From IMG/VR virus record IMGVR_UViG_3300022935_000010, positions 1 to 64,000 of that record: a DNA stretch of 64,000 nt, one strand, 5' to 3'. This DNA is from a virus. Positions 19,468-28,438 of the stretch are shown here, one piece after another. The first letter of the stretch is position 1. Every line of letters starts with the position of its first letter. The notes beneath the pieces are model-generated. The model saw only the letters and a program-made list of their open reading frames with translations, ran no database searches and was not told the DNA's origin. Made by a program: the position numbers and the translations under genes.

Positions 19468-20046
19468 ATGGCAGGTTTACCACATTTTAACAACTCTAAG
19501 GCAGCAAGGAATAACTACGAGCCGGTTTTCTTAAACCAGTTTGAGGTTCTTATAACTCCACCTAACGGTATCAATCTTGCTAATACTACATTTAAGGGTG
19601 AGAATATACTTACTCAGCAAGTGAAGAGTATTTCTGCCTTACAAGTTGATATACAGCCAGCTGATGCTGTTACCCAATATTACAAGTTTGCTGAAAGAAG
19701 GTATGCTGGTGGTGAACCATCTACATCTGATGTACAGTTTAATATGTCTTTCGAAGTGAACCTTAATGAGGACAATTCTATGGTTCTTTATAAGGTTTTA
19801 AGACAATGGTCTGATTTAATTTACAATCCATTAACTGGAGCAATGGGTCTTAAAAGAGATTATGTTGGTTCTATGGTAGTTTCTGTTTTTAATAAACAAG
19901 GTGATGTCTTCAGGAGGATAACACTGAACAATTGTTTCTTGGTAGAGCCAATTACTCCAATGAACCTTTCTTACGATATCGGAGATGCTCTTTATACCAT
20001 TGATACTACATGGAAGTCAGATTACTGGAACGACCTATTCCTTTAA
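19468..20046 (+). CDS. Tail tube protein 2 (paralogue)
   Basis: Clear paralogue of the previous ORF (MAGLPH, LNQFEV, RQWSDLIYNPLTGA, DYWNDLFL). Confidence 0.85.
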   Translation: MAGLPHFNNSKAARNNYEPVFLNQFEVLITPPNGINLANTTFKGENILTQQVKSISALQVDIQPADAVTQYYKFAERRYAGGEPSTSDVQFNMSFEVNLNEDNSMVLYKVLRQWSDLIYNPLTGAMGLKRDYVGSMVVSVFNKQGDVFRRITLNNCFLVEPITPMNLSYDIGDALYTIDTTWKSDYWNDLFL

Positions 20047-20049
20047 TAC

Positions 20050-20077
20050 GGAACTTAACTCCAATTTTTTTCTATAA
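20050..20077 (+). promoter_or_regulatory. Putative ECF-type promoter GGAAC-N18-TATAA
   Basis: Matches recurring motif and spacing. Confidence 0.6.
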
Positions 20078-20113
20078 TTTCTGGTTTTTTTATACCAACG
20101 GTATATAAAGAAA

Positions 20114-21181
20114 ATGTCAAATATGTCCGATAATAACCTTTCTCCAGAAGAAATACTCAGGGAAAAAGAAATCGCTGGTGGTATTAAATATGATGAACCA
20201 GATGGCTTGAATCTGGATACAGAGCTACAAGAAAATATTTATCCAGAAAAGCAGCCCGAAAATACAGAAGACCCTCTTGGTAACATTCATGAAGGTAAAG
20301 TTGAAAGTCAACCTTATGTGCAAGAGGCCGAATCTAAACCATTAGACCTTGGGTGGAAAAACCTCCCGATGGGGATGTTACCCTCTCAGGGATTATTTTA
20401 TCCGGAAGCAACAAGAATAGCTATCAGACCAGCGGAGGTCAGGGAAATACGACAATTCTCAACAATAGATGAGGATGACATGCTAGATATAGATAACAAG
20501 CTTAATTTCATTCTTGAGGCATGCTGTAAAGTTAAGTTTGAGGAAAACGGAGGTCTTGTGTCTTACCGGGACCTAAAGCAAGAAGATAGGTTCTTTATCA
20601 TCATGGCTATAAGGGACTTAACTTTTGTTAAGGGGGAAAACAGGATTATTGTAAACCCTGAAGGTGGATGCACTACAAAAGGATGCTCTGGGATGGAAGG
20701 TATTGAGCTTAGAACTGGTGTGTTGAGCAATTATGATATAGATCGGGATTTGCTTAAATATTATTCCACTACCGAAAGAGGTTTTGTTTTCCCTATTAGA
20801 AGAATAGGGAAAACTATAAAAATGTCGCCACCGTCAATTGGTGTAACAAAAGCAATATCATCTTTTGTTGCTGATTGTGTTGCAAAGGGTGAAGAAGTCG
20901 ACAAGAGTTTTATAAAAATAGCTCCATTTTATTTTAATGATTGGAGAGGTCTTGATTATTTTAAAATCAAGGAGACTATGGTTTCTTCTTTGGAAGAATG
21001 GACAAAGGAGGAGTTTTCTGCTTATTTTGAATTAGCAGAAAAAATCAAGATAGGAACAAATCTAAGGGTAAGAGTAAAATGTGATTCTTGCGGTGCTGGG
21101 GAGGTCACCGCTCCAATTTACTTTCCCTCCGGGTTCAGATCTCTTTTCGTTATTTCAGATATCTTTAGAGAATTATTTTGA
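20114..21181 (+). CDS. Baseplate hub / tail assembly chaperone (T4 gp26-like)
   Basis: LPSQGLFY...IAIRPAEVRE, C-terminal CxxC; between tube and tape-measure-like genes. Confidence 0.6.
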   Translation: MSNMSDNNLSPEEILREKEIAGGIKYDEPDGLNLDTELQENIYPEKQPENTEDPLGNIHEGKVESQPYVQEAESKPLDLGWKNLPMGMLPSQGLFYPEATRIAIRPAEVREIRQFSTIDEDDMLDIDNKLNFILEACCKVKFEENGGLVSYRDLKQEDRFFIIMAIRDLTFVKGENRIIVNPEGGCTTKGCSGMEGIELRTGVLSNYDIDRDLLKYYSTTERGFVFPIRRIGKTIKMSPPSIGVTKAISSFVADCVAKGEEVDKSFIKIAPFYFNDWRGLDYFKIKETMVSSLEEWTKEEFSAYFELAEKIKIGTNLRVRVKCDSCGAGEVTAPIYFPSGFRSLFVISDIFRELF

Positions 21182-21356
21182 TCTCAAGTTCCGTCTTTGG
21201 AGAGAACACACAATAGATCCTAATTGGCTAGAGTCAGTTCCTTTTTATGAATATCAGATTTGGCTAGATAAATTAAACGACTCTGTTGAAGAGGAGAACA
21301 AGAAAAAACTCCAGGAGAGTGGCCAGACCGAGGTCTTTAGCTTTAACAATAAGTGA
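21081..21356 (+). CDS. gp51-like baseplate hub assembly / chaperone C-terminal part (start uncertain)
   Basis: SLENYF...LESVPFYEYQIW resembles gp51-like small proteins; overlaps previous ORF in the +1 frame. Confidence 0.5.
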   Translation: MILAVLGRSPLQFTFPPGSDLFSLFQISLENYFDLKFRLWREHTIDPNWLESVPFYEYQIWLDKLNDSVEEENKKKLQESGQTEVFSFNNK

Positions 21357-21371
21357 TAATCGTTAATGTCT

Positions 21372-21379
21372 GATATATA
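21372..21379 (+). promoter_or_regulatory. Putative late promoter GATATATA
   Basis: Exact octamer 25 nt before ATG. Confidence 0.75.
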
Positions 21380-21403
21380 ATCAGAAAATAACCCAATCTG
21401 TTA

Positions 21404-22822
21404 ATGGTAAACGGATCTGACAAATTGCTAAGAGAACTTACTACTCTTTCTTCAAATTTTGATTCACTTTATCAAGAGCTTAAGGAATCTACTAAGGCTA
21501 ATATAGAATCCTCCGAGAGTATAAAGAATCTGACAAGTGATATTAAAAAAGGAGCTATGCCCAGCGGGCAAGATTTGGAAAAGGCTTTTAAGGGATTTAC
21601 CGAGTCTTTTACTAAAACGATAACTTCTGAGAATGATAAGCTCATCAGCGATTTAAAGGATAGTATTTCCAAGTCTCTTATTGAATCCTCCTCTAATTTT
21701 ATTTCAAATTTACCTAGTCAAATTGCACAAGTAAAATCCGGAGAGCCAATAGATTTTAAAGGTATCCTGAGTAGTGGTGTAAAAAATGTTTTCTCTGATG
21801 TTATACCAAAAATTCCTGGACTGAAACAGGGTGGTACTGTTGAGGGTGATGGTATTGCGGTTGTTGGTGAGGGTGGACCAGAGCTTGTTAAGTTAGATAA
21901 AGGCAATAAAGTTAGGACTATGGAGCAGCAGATGATGGATATGATGCTTGCGGAAGAGAGAGAAAAAAATATAAAACTTGGAAGAATTGTACAACAAAAC
22001 CCATTGCAAGCTGCACTTTCTAAGATTACATCCGACTCAAAGCTTATTAGCGAGTTTATAGAGTATTCTAAAAATGACCTAGACGAAAGTGACCAGCAGG
22101 AGCTTTTGGCTGATCCTGATTACCTAAAGGATGAATTTGATTATTTCCTCAGCGAAAGAGACCGAGAATATTTTACTCAAGAGGATCTTCAAAAGTTATC
22201 TTCGGCCTCGAATGCTCCTAAGGTAGAGACGATAAAGGATACAGAGGTTCTCAAGACTCCAAACCCAAGCGTTCCTAAAGTGGAGACAATAAAGGATACC
22301 GAAGTTCTCAAGACCTCAACACCAGTTGTACCTCAAAAATCTGAGGTGACGCCTAAACAAGATTTGGTTTCAGAACAATCTAAACTTAAGTCAGGTATAT
22401 CCGGCGTAAATGATATAACAGCTTTGGTTAAATCAAAAATAGAAGATGCAAGGAAAAAAGGATCTGATGCTATGAGTCAAGTTGTAAGTACCTCGCAAGA
22501 GCTAAAGGAGAGAGTAACAAAACCATTTAATAAAGAAAGCGAAGGTAGTGGTGGTTCTAGTGCTAATAAATCTTCTAATGCTTTGGAAAAAATTAATCAA
22601 GCAACCGCAGCTCTGAAAGAATCCTCTTCTCCAACAAGCAGTACACCAGCAAAAAAGTCAAAAGAATCTTCTGCATCAAATACTCCTGCATCTTCCGACA
22701 CAATGACTTCTAAGGACGTAAAGGAGATGAAATCTTTGCTTGCTTCGATATACCAAGCACTTAGATCACCGCTAACAATTGTTAACGACGTTCCGTTTAG
22801 ACCAACGTCAAACAATTTCTAG
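21404..22822 (+). CDS. Tape-measure/baseplate hub-like tail protein
   Basis: IPGLKQGGTV...VVGEGGPELV motif typical of tape-measure proteins; helical; synteny. Confidence 0.5.
   Translation: MVNGSDKLLRELTTLSSNFDSLYQELKESTKANIESSESIKNLTSDIKKGAMPSGQDLEKAFKGFTESFTKTITSENDKLISDLKDSISKSLIESSSNFISNLPSQIAQVKSGEPIDFKGILSSGVKNVFSDVIPKIPGLKQGGTVEGDGIAVVGEGGPELVKLDKGNKVRTMEQQMMDMMLAEEREKNIKLGRIVQQNPLQAALSKITSDSKLISEFIEYSKNDLDESDQQELLADPDYLKDEFDYFLSERDREYFTQEDLQKLSSASNAPKVETIKDTEVLKTPNPSVPKVETIKDTEVLKTSTPVVPQKSEVTPKQDLVSEQSKLKSGISGVNDITALVKSKIEDARKKGSDAMSQVVSTSQELKERVTKPFNKESEGSGGSSANKSSNALEKINQATAALKESSSPTSSTPAKKSKESSASNTPASSDTMTSKDVKEMKSLLASIYQALRSPLTIVNDVPFRPTSNNF
22217..22315 (+). repeat. Internal duplication PKVETIKDTEVLKT x2 (57-nt period)
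   Basis: Directly visible in protein and DNA. Confidence 0.9.
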
Positions 22823-22864
22823 CAATTGTTTATAACTTCATTTTTTCCCAACGTGGGAAAACGT

Positions 22865-22872
22865 TATATTTG
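22865..22872 (+). promoter_or_regulatory. Putative Bacteroidota-type -7 box TAnnTTTG (TATATTTG)
   Basis: Intergenic, upstream of dCMP deaminase and ECF sigma. Confidence 0.5.
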
Positions 22873-22904
22873 TTTCTCAACTACTTTTTAATCCTGAACC
22901 GAGA

Positions 22905-23465
22905 ATGGAAGAAGCATTTATTGATCCCTCTGATTTTTTCACCAAAGAAGATCTAGCAAAAGGAGATTATTGGATAGCAAGTCCAAGCCTTAGCAGAGTT
23001 ATTACCTCGGATGATAATTTCAAAGAAATAGACGAAACCTTTTATTCCATTAAGGATAGGAAGATGGATAGGGTCTATCTAGAAATGGCAAAGGTGTGGG
23101 CTACTAATTCTTATTGCGAAAGGATGAAAGTTGGTAGTCTTATTGTGAAAGATAAATCTATTATATCTGACGGCTATAACGGTTCACCCACAGGTTTTCC
23201 AAACGTCTGCGAAGATTCATCTCACGTCACTTTACCTCATGTATTACATGCAGAGGCTAATGCGATTACTAAGTTGGCTAAGAGTACACAAAGCTCTGAT
23301 GGTGCGACACTTTATGTTACAGTATCTCCTTGCTTTGAATGCTCTAAACTTATTATTCAGAGTGGGGTAAAAAGATTAGTGTTTAAGGAGTTATATAGAA
23401 AACTTGAATCGCTTAAGTTTTTATTCGACGCTGGAATTGAACTTGTTAGATTAAATAATAAATAG
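22905..23465 (+). CDS. dCMP deaminase
   Basis: HAEANAI and PCFECSK zinc motifs, GYNGSP. Confidence 0.92.
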   Translation: MEEAFIDPSDFFTKEDLAKGDYWIASPSLSRVITSDDNFKEIDETFYSIKDRKMDRVYLEMAKVWATNSYCERMKVGSLIVKDKSIISDGYNGSPTGFPNVCEDSSHVTLPHVLHAEANAITKLAKSTQSSDGATLYVTVSPCFECSKLIIQSGVKRLVFKELYRKLESLKFLFDAGIELVRLNNK

Positions 23466-23499
23466 GAGGTAAAAAAGGAAATTACTGGGGGAATCAAAA

Positions 23500-24117
23500 A
23501 TGGCAAAAGAAAAGAATATTCAAGTTTTAGCTGAAAGCTTCATTCAGACTAAAGGAGAGAGGGAATTCCGGCCTCTCTATGAAAGGGTAAAACCCGGAGT
23601 ACTAAACCACTGTTATGGAATTCTTAAAGACTTTGAGTTGGCCGAGGATGCTTTCTTAAATGCAATGTCAAAAGTATGGCAGAAGATAGATCAATATGAC
23701 CGCGAGAGGGGTAACTTTTCTACCTGGTGTTATAATATAGCTAGGAACGAATCTCTTTTACTTCTTAAGAGCAGGAAGCGATATATTTCACAAACTTCTG
23801 AAGAGATGGAGTACACTTCGGCGAAAGCTGAGGAAAGAAACCCTTCTTATGATATAGAAGACGACCCTCTCTGGGAATTTCTTTGTGGAGGAAATGATAT
23901 TGACGATGTTTATGAACAAGTCATCGATGAGATCAAAGACCTTCCTCTTATCTATCGGGATATTATGATTGATCGTGAGATTAATGGAATGAAATACAAA
24001 GATATAGCCGATAAGTATGGAATAAAGAAGAGGTCTATTGCTACAAGAATTAGAAGAGCCCGTACTAAAATCCGAAAGAAAATGGAGGATGCTATGGGAA
24101 AATCTGATTTTAAATAA
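23500..24117 (+). CDS. ECF-type RNA polymerase sigma factor
   Basis: Region 2 (AEDAFL..VW.KIDQYD..FSTWCYNIARN) and region 4 HTH (GMKYKDIADKYGI..RIRRAR). Confidence 0.88.
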   Translation: MAKEKNIQVLAESFIQTKGEREFRPLYERVKPGVLNHCYGILKDFELAEDAFLNAMSKVWQKIDQYDRERGNFSTWCYNIARNESLLLLKSRKRYISQTSEEMEYTSAKAEERNPSYDIEDDPLWEFLCGGNDIDDVYEQVIDEIKDLPLIYRDIMIDREINGMKYKDIADKYGIKKRSIATRIRRARTKIRKKMEDAMGKSDFK

Positions 24118-24578
24118 TGGGAAGAATACTAGCTATATTTAGGATATTAAAGATCATTAGGGAGTTAAGGGTATACTCCCAATACAGGTCCACTGTAAAG
24201 GATGAGAGCATGAACTCTCCCTTTTGGACACGGTTGAGGCTGAGACATGATTGGCTTGGTAGAATTTACACTGTTGTAAATTTACCGCCGGAGGTAACAC
24301 AATCTAGGGATTTCCCTGTCGATGCAAGACCTGCCTACGTTTTTGAAGAGATTAAATCGGTAAACGACTACTTAACTAAGCTAAATTTGCAAGAGATTAT
24401 TACTCCCGTACTTAAGCCTCTACCTGAAACAAACGGGGATTCCTATTTGGTTATTTATTACTTCTTTTTTAGGCATTTGTCTTGGCTTTGGATTTTAAGA
24501 TTTTTATTAGAGGTAACTGCTATTACTTTTGTTTTTTTGAAATTGGAATTAATTATAACTTATTTGGGATTTGCTTAA
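24117..24578 (+). CDS. Hypothetical membrane protein
   Basis: Hydrophobic C-terminus; coupled to sigma gene. Confidence 0.6.
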   Translation: MGRILAIFRILKIIRELRVYSQYRSTVKDESMNSPFWTRLRLRHDWLGRIYTVVNLPPEVTQSRDFPVDARPAYVFEEIKSVNDYLTKLNLQEIITPVLKPLPETNGDSYLVIYYFFFRHLSWLWILRFLLEVTAITFVFLKLELIITYLGFA

Positions 24579-25377
24579 TTTAGAGAAGACAAAACAGGAT
24601 TATCAAAAGAAGCTAGATATTTTTAAGGACTCTAGATTTATTTTTAACGAGTCTGTTCATACATATCATTTTGATGGGGTCAAATATGATTCTGTTACTA
24701 CCTTTCTTAAAAAGTTTAAAGTCCCCTTTGATCGTGAGTATTGGGCTAATAGAAAAGCCGATGAAAGAGGTGTAGACGTTTCTGTTATAAAATCCGAATG
24801 GCAAGAAAAAGCGAATGTCGCAAATGCTCTTGGAACCAAGGTTCATAAGTGGATAGAAGATTACTGGACAGGATTGGATCCTGAAATGCCAGAAGACCCG
24901 GAAGTTAGGAGTAGGGTCGAAAAATTCTTAGTCCTTAGAGATGAAAGATTTACAGACCTTGTGCCACTGGAGTCTGAGTTAAAGGTATTTTCGAAAAAAT
25001 GGAGATTAGCTGGAACCGTGGATCAACCCTTTCTTATGTGGGACAAGAAAGAAAATAAGCTTTTGTTCCTCATCGGTGATTGGAAGACCAATAAGGAATT
25101 TAAGGACGATAATCATCCAAAGGGTAGATTCAAAAAACTTTTGCATCCTTTCGTGGATCTTTATGAGAATTCTCATAATGAATATTCCATACAAATTAGC
25201 CTGTATAGGCTAATAATAGAGGAAGAAACCGGATTAGAAACCCATGGAGGTTTCCTTTGCCACATTGGGCCTCAAGACAAACCTAAACTATATCCTGTAA
25301 AAGACTTACGAGAAAGACTTAAGATATATTTGCAACATAATCGGGAAGAATTCGATGTTTTCGATATCTCCGAGTGA
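24571..25377 (+). CDS. PD-(D/E)XK exonuclease (Cas4/RecB-like)
   Basis: SVTTFL, GTKVHKWIE, AGTVD, IGDWKT, YSIQISLY. Confidence 0.85.
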   Translation: MLNLEKTKQDYQKKLDIFKDSRFIFNESVHTYHFDGVKYDSVTTFLKKFKVPFDREYWANRKADERGVDVSVIKSEWQEKANVANALGTKVHKWIEDYWTGLDPEMPEDPEVRSRVEKFLVLRDERFTDLVPLESELKVFSKKWRLAGTVDQPFLMWDKKENKLLFLIGDWKTNKEFKDDNHPKGRFKKLLHPFVDLYENSHNEYSIQISLYRLIIEEETGLETHGGFLCHIGPQDKPKLYPVKDLRERLKIYLQHNREEFDVFDISE

Positions 25378-25402
25378 AACATTACTGTTTAAATAACTAA
25401 AA
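25376..25402 (+). promoter_or_regulatory. Putative ECF-type promoter GAAAC-N17-TAAAA
   Basis: Recurring motif, spacing one shorter. Confidence 0.5.
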
Positions 25403-25418
25403 AATAAAAAGAAATCAA

Positions 25419-25940
25419 ATGGCAAAGTCAAAAAAACAAACACAGCCAAAAGTAGTAGAACTAGATGCTGACCAACTTGCAGATTCAGTGGGTGAAGAAG
25501 CTCTTTCTCGTTTAAATGAGGGAAGGATTAAAGCTGCTGAGGAAAACCTAGAAAATGCAAAAAAGAGAGTAGCTACCAAAGTTTATGCAGTCCAGTTTGA
25601 ATCAATGGATCACATAGATAGATTTATCAGTTTTATGGAAAATGAGGCAGAATGGAAAGAAAAGGAGTCTCTTGGCGTTATTGAAATTTGTAAGGTTTTG
25701 GATAATCTAAAATCTGATGGCATTAAGAACAATATACTTTACTTACAAGCTTTGCCTTTAGAAGCAAGTCACTATTTTATATCTAAGCAAAGTGGTAAAG
25801 GACTTAAAGAAGCTAAGGAATTTATTTCCCTTTTGAAGCCTTTTGAACAAGGCCTGGAATCTGCAAAAGCTGATGCAAGAGAGATTCAGGATTTAGAAAA
25901 AGAACTCGCCGCAGCTCAACAGGGGCTTGAATTAGCCTAG
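25419..25940 (+). CDS. Hypothetical protein
   Basis: 173-aa ORF with A-rich leader. Confidence 0.7.
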   Translation: MAKSKKQTQPKVVELDADQLADSVGEEALSRLNEGRIKAAEENLENAKKRVATKVYAVQFESMDHIDRFISFMENEAEWKEKESLGVIEICKVLDNLKSDGIKNNILYLQALPLEASHYFISKQSGKGLKEAKEFISLLKPFEQGLESAKADAREIQDLEKELAAAQQGLELA

Positions 25941-25965
25941 AGCACACTATACAAAACCATTATAT

Positions 25966-25999
25966 AAAATAGGCCTTGAGTGATCTAGGCCTATTTTTT
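25966..25999 (+). terminator. Intrinsic terminator
   Basis: AAAATAGGCC...GGCCTATTTT hairpin followed by T run. Confidence 0.75.
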
Positions 26000-26020
26000 A
26001 GTGTATATGGATTTGGGTTA

Positions 26021-26028
26021 GATATATA
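26021..26028 (+). promoter_or_regulatory. Putative late promoter GATATATA
   Basis: Exact octamer. Confidence 0.75.
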
Positions 26029-26052
26029 GTAAAACTAAAATTGTAAATAATC

Positions 26053-26346
26053 ATGGTACAAAAGATTAAAGACAACTTCCAATTCATAGTATTAGGATTT
26101 CTAGTATTGGTTTTTTTCAGACAGTGCGGGGTAAACAGAGACATCGACCGTATTGAAAAGGAGCTCAAAGCATCCAACACAGAATTAAATACCAAACTTG
26201 ACTCGATCAACACACTTACAAAGGCTGAGATCAGGCATGAGATGAATCAGGTAATGTTTCAGTTCCTTATTTATGAGGACGATTTTGATAAGAAGAGAAT
26301 TTCACTTTCTGAGATTAAAAATAAGATAGAAGAGAGTGAAGAGTAA
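26053..26346 (+). CDS. Small membrane-anchored coiled-coil protein (possible lipoprotein/spanin-like)
   Basis: N-terminal TM ending FFRQCG, then coiled coil. Confidence 0.55.
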   Translation: MVQKIKDNFQFIVLGFLVLVFFRQCGVNRDIDRIEKELKASNTELNTKLDSINTLTKAEIRHEMNQVMFQFLIYEDDFDKKRISLSEIKNKIEESEE

Positions 26347-27124
26347 ATCAAAATTGGTAAGCGGGTTTATCATAACTACTTTTGTGTCTCTGTACCTTAT
26401 GGTGTCTGTGATATCCACTATCCACGTTATCGACTTCTTTAAGCTTTCCAATCCTACTTGGTTAGCAATTTCGTTAGCTATTGCATTTGAGGTTGGTGCT
26501 GCAGCTTCCCTTGCTTCTTTGATTGCAATGGAGAAGATGAACAAATCCCTTGTATGGTTCCTATTCATACTTTTAACAGCAATGCAGGCTATGGGGAACA
26601 CGTACTATGCATTTGTTAACCTTGGTGATTATAGTTCATGGTCTGAGCTATTTGGCTTGATTGAGGAGGAGAGAGTTTTCCAAAAGAGAGTGCTTTCAAT
26701 TGTTTCTGGTGCTATTTTACCTATCGTAGCACTTGGCTTTATCAAGTCACTGGTTGACTATATTAAACCAGAGGAAGTTGAAATAGATGGTGGTGCATCG
26801 GATGATTCTTGGAATTCATCAGTTGACACCGGGTTGGATGATGCTGATGATATAAGCGAACCTCTAATTTATGATTCTTCTTTAGATATGATTAAACCTG
26901 ATGTTATGTCTTCACCTGTCTATGAAGAAGCACCTCAAGATGATTTCTATGGAGCACAAGCTATCGAAAAAGAAATTGTGGAAGAACATGCGGAGGTTAA
27001 AAATTCAATTATGGAGGATAACGTTGAGGTAGTTAATGTAAATGCGAACAAAATAAACCCGCGTATTAGACCTAAAGTGGTAGAAATGCCGGAAAATCCC
27101 GACATAAACCCTACAAGACTTTAA
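26336..27124 (+). CDS. Four-TM membrane protein with acidic tail
   Basis: Four hydrophobic segments in the first 140 aa. Confidence 0.65.
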   Translation: MKSKSKLVSGFIITTFVSLYLMVSVISTIHVIDFFKLSNPTWLAISLAIAFEVGAAASLASLIAMEKMNKSLVWFLFILLTAMQAMGNTYYAFVNLGDYSSWSELFGLIEEERVFQKRVLSIVSGAILPIVALGFIKSLVDYIKPEEVEIDGGASDDSWNSSVDTGLDDADDISEPLIYDSSLDMIKPDVMSSPVYEEAPQDDFYGAQAIEKEIVEEHAEVKNSIMEDNVEVVNVNANKINPRIRPKVVEMPENPDINPTRL

Positions 27125-27125
27125 G

Positions 27126-27800
27126 ATGAGTGCAAATATAGGTGACAATTTAGAAATCTTCGGGGGTGGATCTAGTAAAGGTGGAACTGGATCAGGCACT
27201 CCTTTCGGCTATGGCGATAGTAACCCAGCATTAACGACAGGTCAGTCTGGTCCTTTTGATACTAGATATACGTTAATTGCTAACACTCCTGGGTCTATGA
27301 GAAGAGTAAATCTTACCTTCTCAAACTATAACGATCCACACGAGGTAAGGATATTTCAGACTTCGATGAATGTTACCTATCAAGCAGATATAGATGAAAA
27401 ATTAGATCTTTCTGAATATTTTCACCCTTTACAGTCATTTTCAGGATACCAGAGACAATCTTTTGTGATCTCCCCTGACACCTCTATTAATTTGGATCCT
27501 GGGGATTTTGACACTACTCTGGGTGAAGTAAGTCTTGTTATGGCAAGAGCTCATTATTATGCTGATGCTGAGGAAGACCAAAGACTTCTCTACTGGCATT
27601 ATAACAGTGGATTAAGATACATTATGTCTGATATGATGATGCTTACAGGCCAAGTTAAACCTGATGCTTCCTGGAAGGGGTGGCAAACTCTGCCTGATAT
27701 GGATGACCAGGTTGGATATACTGGGGCAGCTACTGGTGGATTTGTATTTTCAAATCCTACTGAATATCCGGTTAAACTTACAATATTAACAGCAAGCTAA
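27126..27800 (+). CDS. Hypothetical virion protein (paralogue of next ORF)
   Basis: Shares YW.Y...M.LTG and GG..FSNP...VKL.I with 27800..28345. Confidence 0.65.
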   Translation: MSANIGDNLEIFGGGSSKGGTGSGTPFGYGDSNPALTTGQSGPFDTRYTLIANTPGSMRRVNLTFSNYNDPHEVRIFQTSMNVTYQADIDEKLDLSEYFHPLQSFSGYQRQSFVISPDTSINLDPGDFDTTLGEVSLVMARAHYYADAEEDQRLLYWHYNSGLRYIMSDMMMLTGQVKPDASWKGWQTLPDMDDQVGYTGAATGGFVFSNPTEYPVKLTILTAS

Positions 27801-28345
27801 TGGCAACAAGACCTATTATATGTCCACCTCAGCCTATTGAGGGATTTCTTTTTAGAAAGGATAAGTTTGTTCTGGAGGAGGATTACAATATCACCAATTT
27901 TTTTGACTTTAGTGACTTACGGGATGAGGTAATTTCCTATTCAAGACTAAAAGTAACCCTTAAAAGGAATAAAAGTGTAAAGATAAGTCAAACTGACATT
28001 GGGGACTCTAACGGATTTGTTAAATGGATAGCAGTTAAGGTAAAGTACCCAGCTCCTAGAAATCCGATTCTTTATGGATCCCAGACACCTATTATACCGG
28101 GAGTCCCAACTCCAACAAACGGTACCCCTCAAGTCAAGAAATACATCTATTGGACATATAGAGGAAATACATATAATGTCGGGGAACTAATGATTCTAAC
28201 TGGTGGAAAGTTAGGGTCAACAGATTCCGAAAAAACCGGATGGAACCTCAGTGAGGATTTCCTGCCGTATGAAGACGGAGGAATTACGTTCAGCAACCCT
28301 CACACTGACATTGACGTAAAGCTTGAAATTATTATAGCAAGATAA
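27800..28345 (+). CDS. Hypothetical virion protein (paralogue of previous ORF)
   Basis: See previous. Confidence 0.65.
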   Translation: MATRPIICPPQPIEGFLFRKDKFVLEEDYNITNFFDFSDLRDEVISYSRLKVTLKRNKSVKISQTDIGDSNGFVKWIAVKVKYPAPRNPILYGSQTPIIPGVPTPTNGTPQVKKYIYWTYRGNTYNVGELMILTGGKLGSTDSEKTGWNLSEDFLPYEDGGITFSNPHTDIDVKLEIIIAR

Positions 28346-28407
28346 GTTTTTCCAAAAAATATGATTTGGAAGAATATATAATGGAAAAGTTTCAATATCA
28401 CAGGTGT

Positions 28408-28415
28408 GATATATA
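28408..28415 (+). promoter_or_regulatory. Putative late promoter GATATATA
   Basis: Exact octamer; places true start at ATG 28439 rather than GTG 28406. Confidence 0.75.
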
Positions 28416-28438
28416 GAAAGCAAAAAAACACAAGTAGA

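Noticed and set aside
24571-25377. Cas4 as part of a CRISPR-Cas locus
   Set aside because: No other cas genes or array, no Fe-S Cys cluster; ordinary phage PD-(D/E)XK nuclease
28406-28438. GTG start of the 941-aa ORF
   Set aside because: Overlaps the late promoter octamer; ATG 28439 is more plausible
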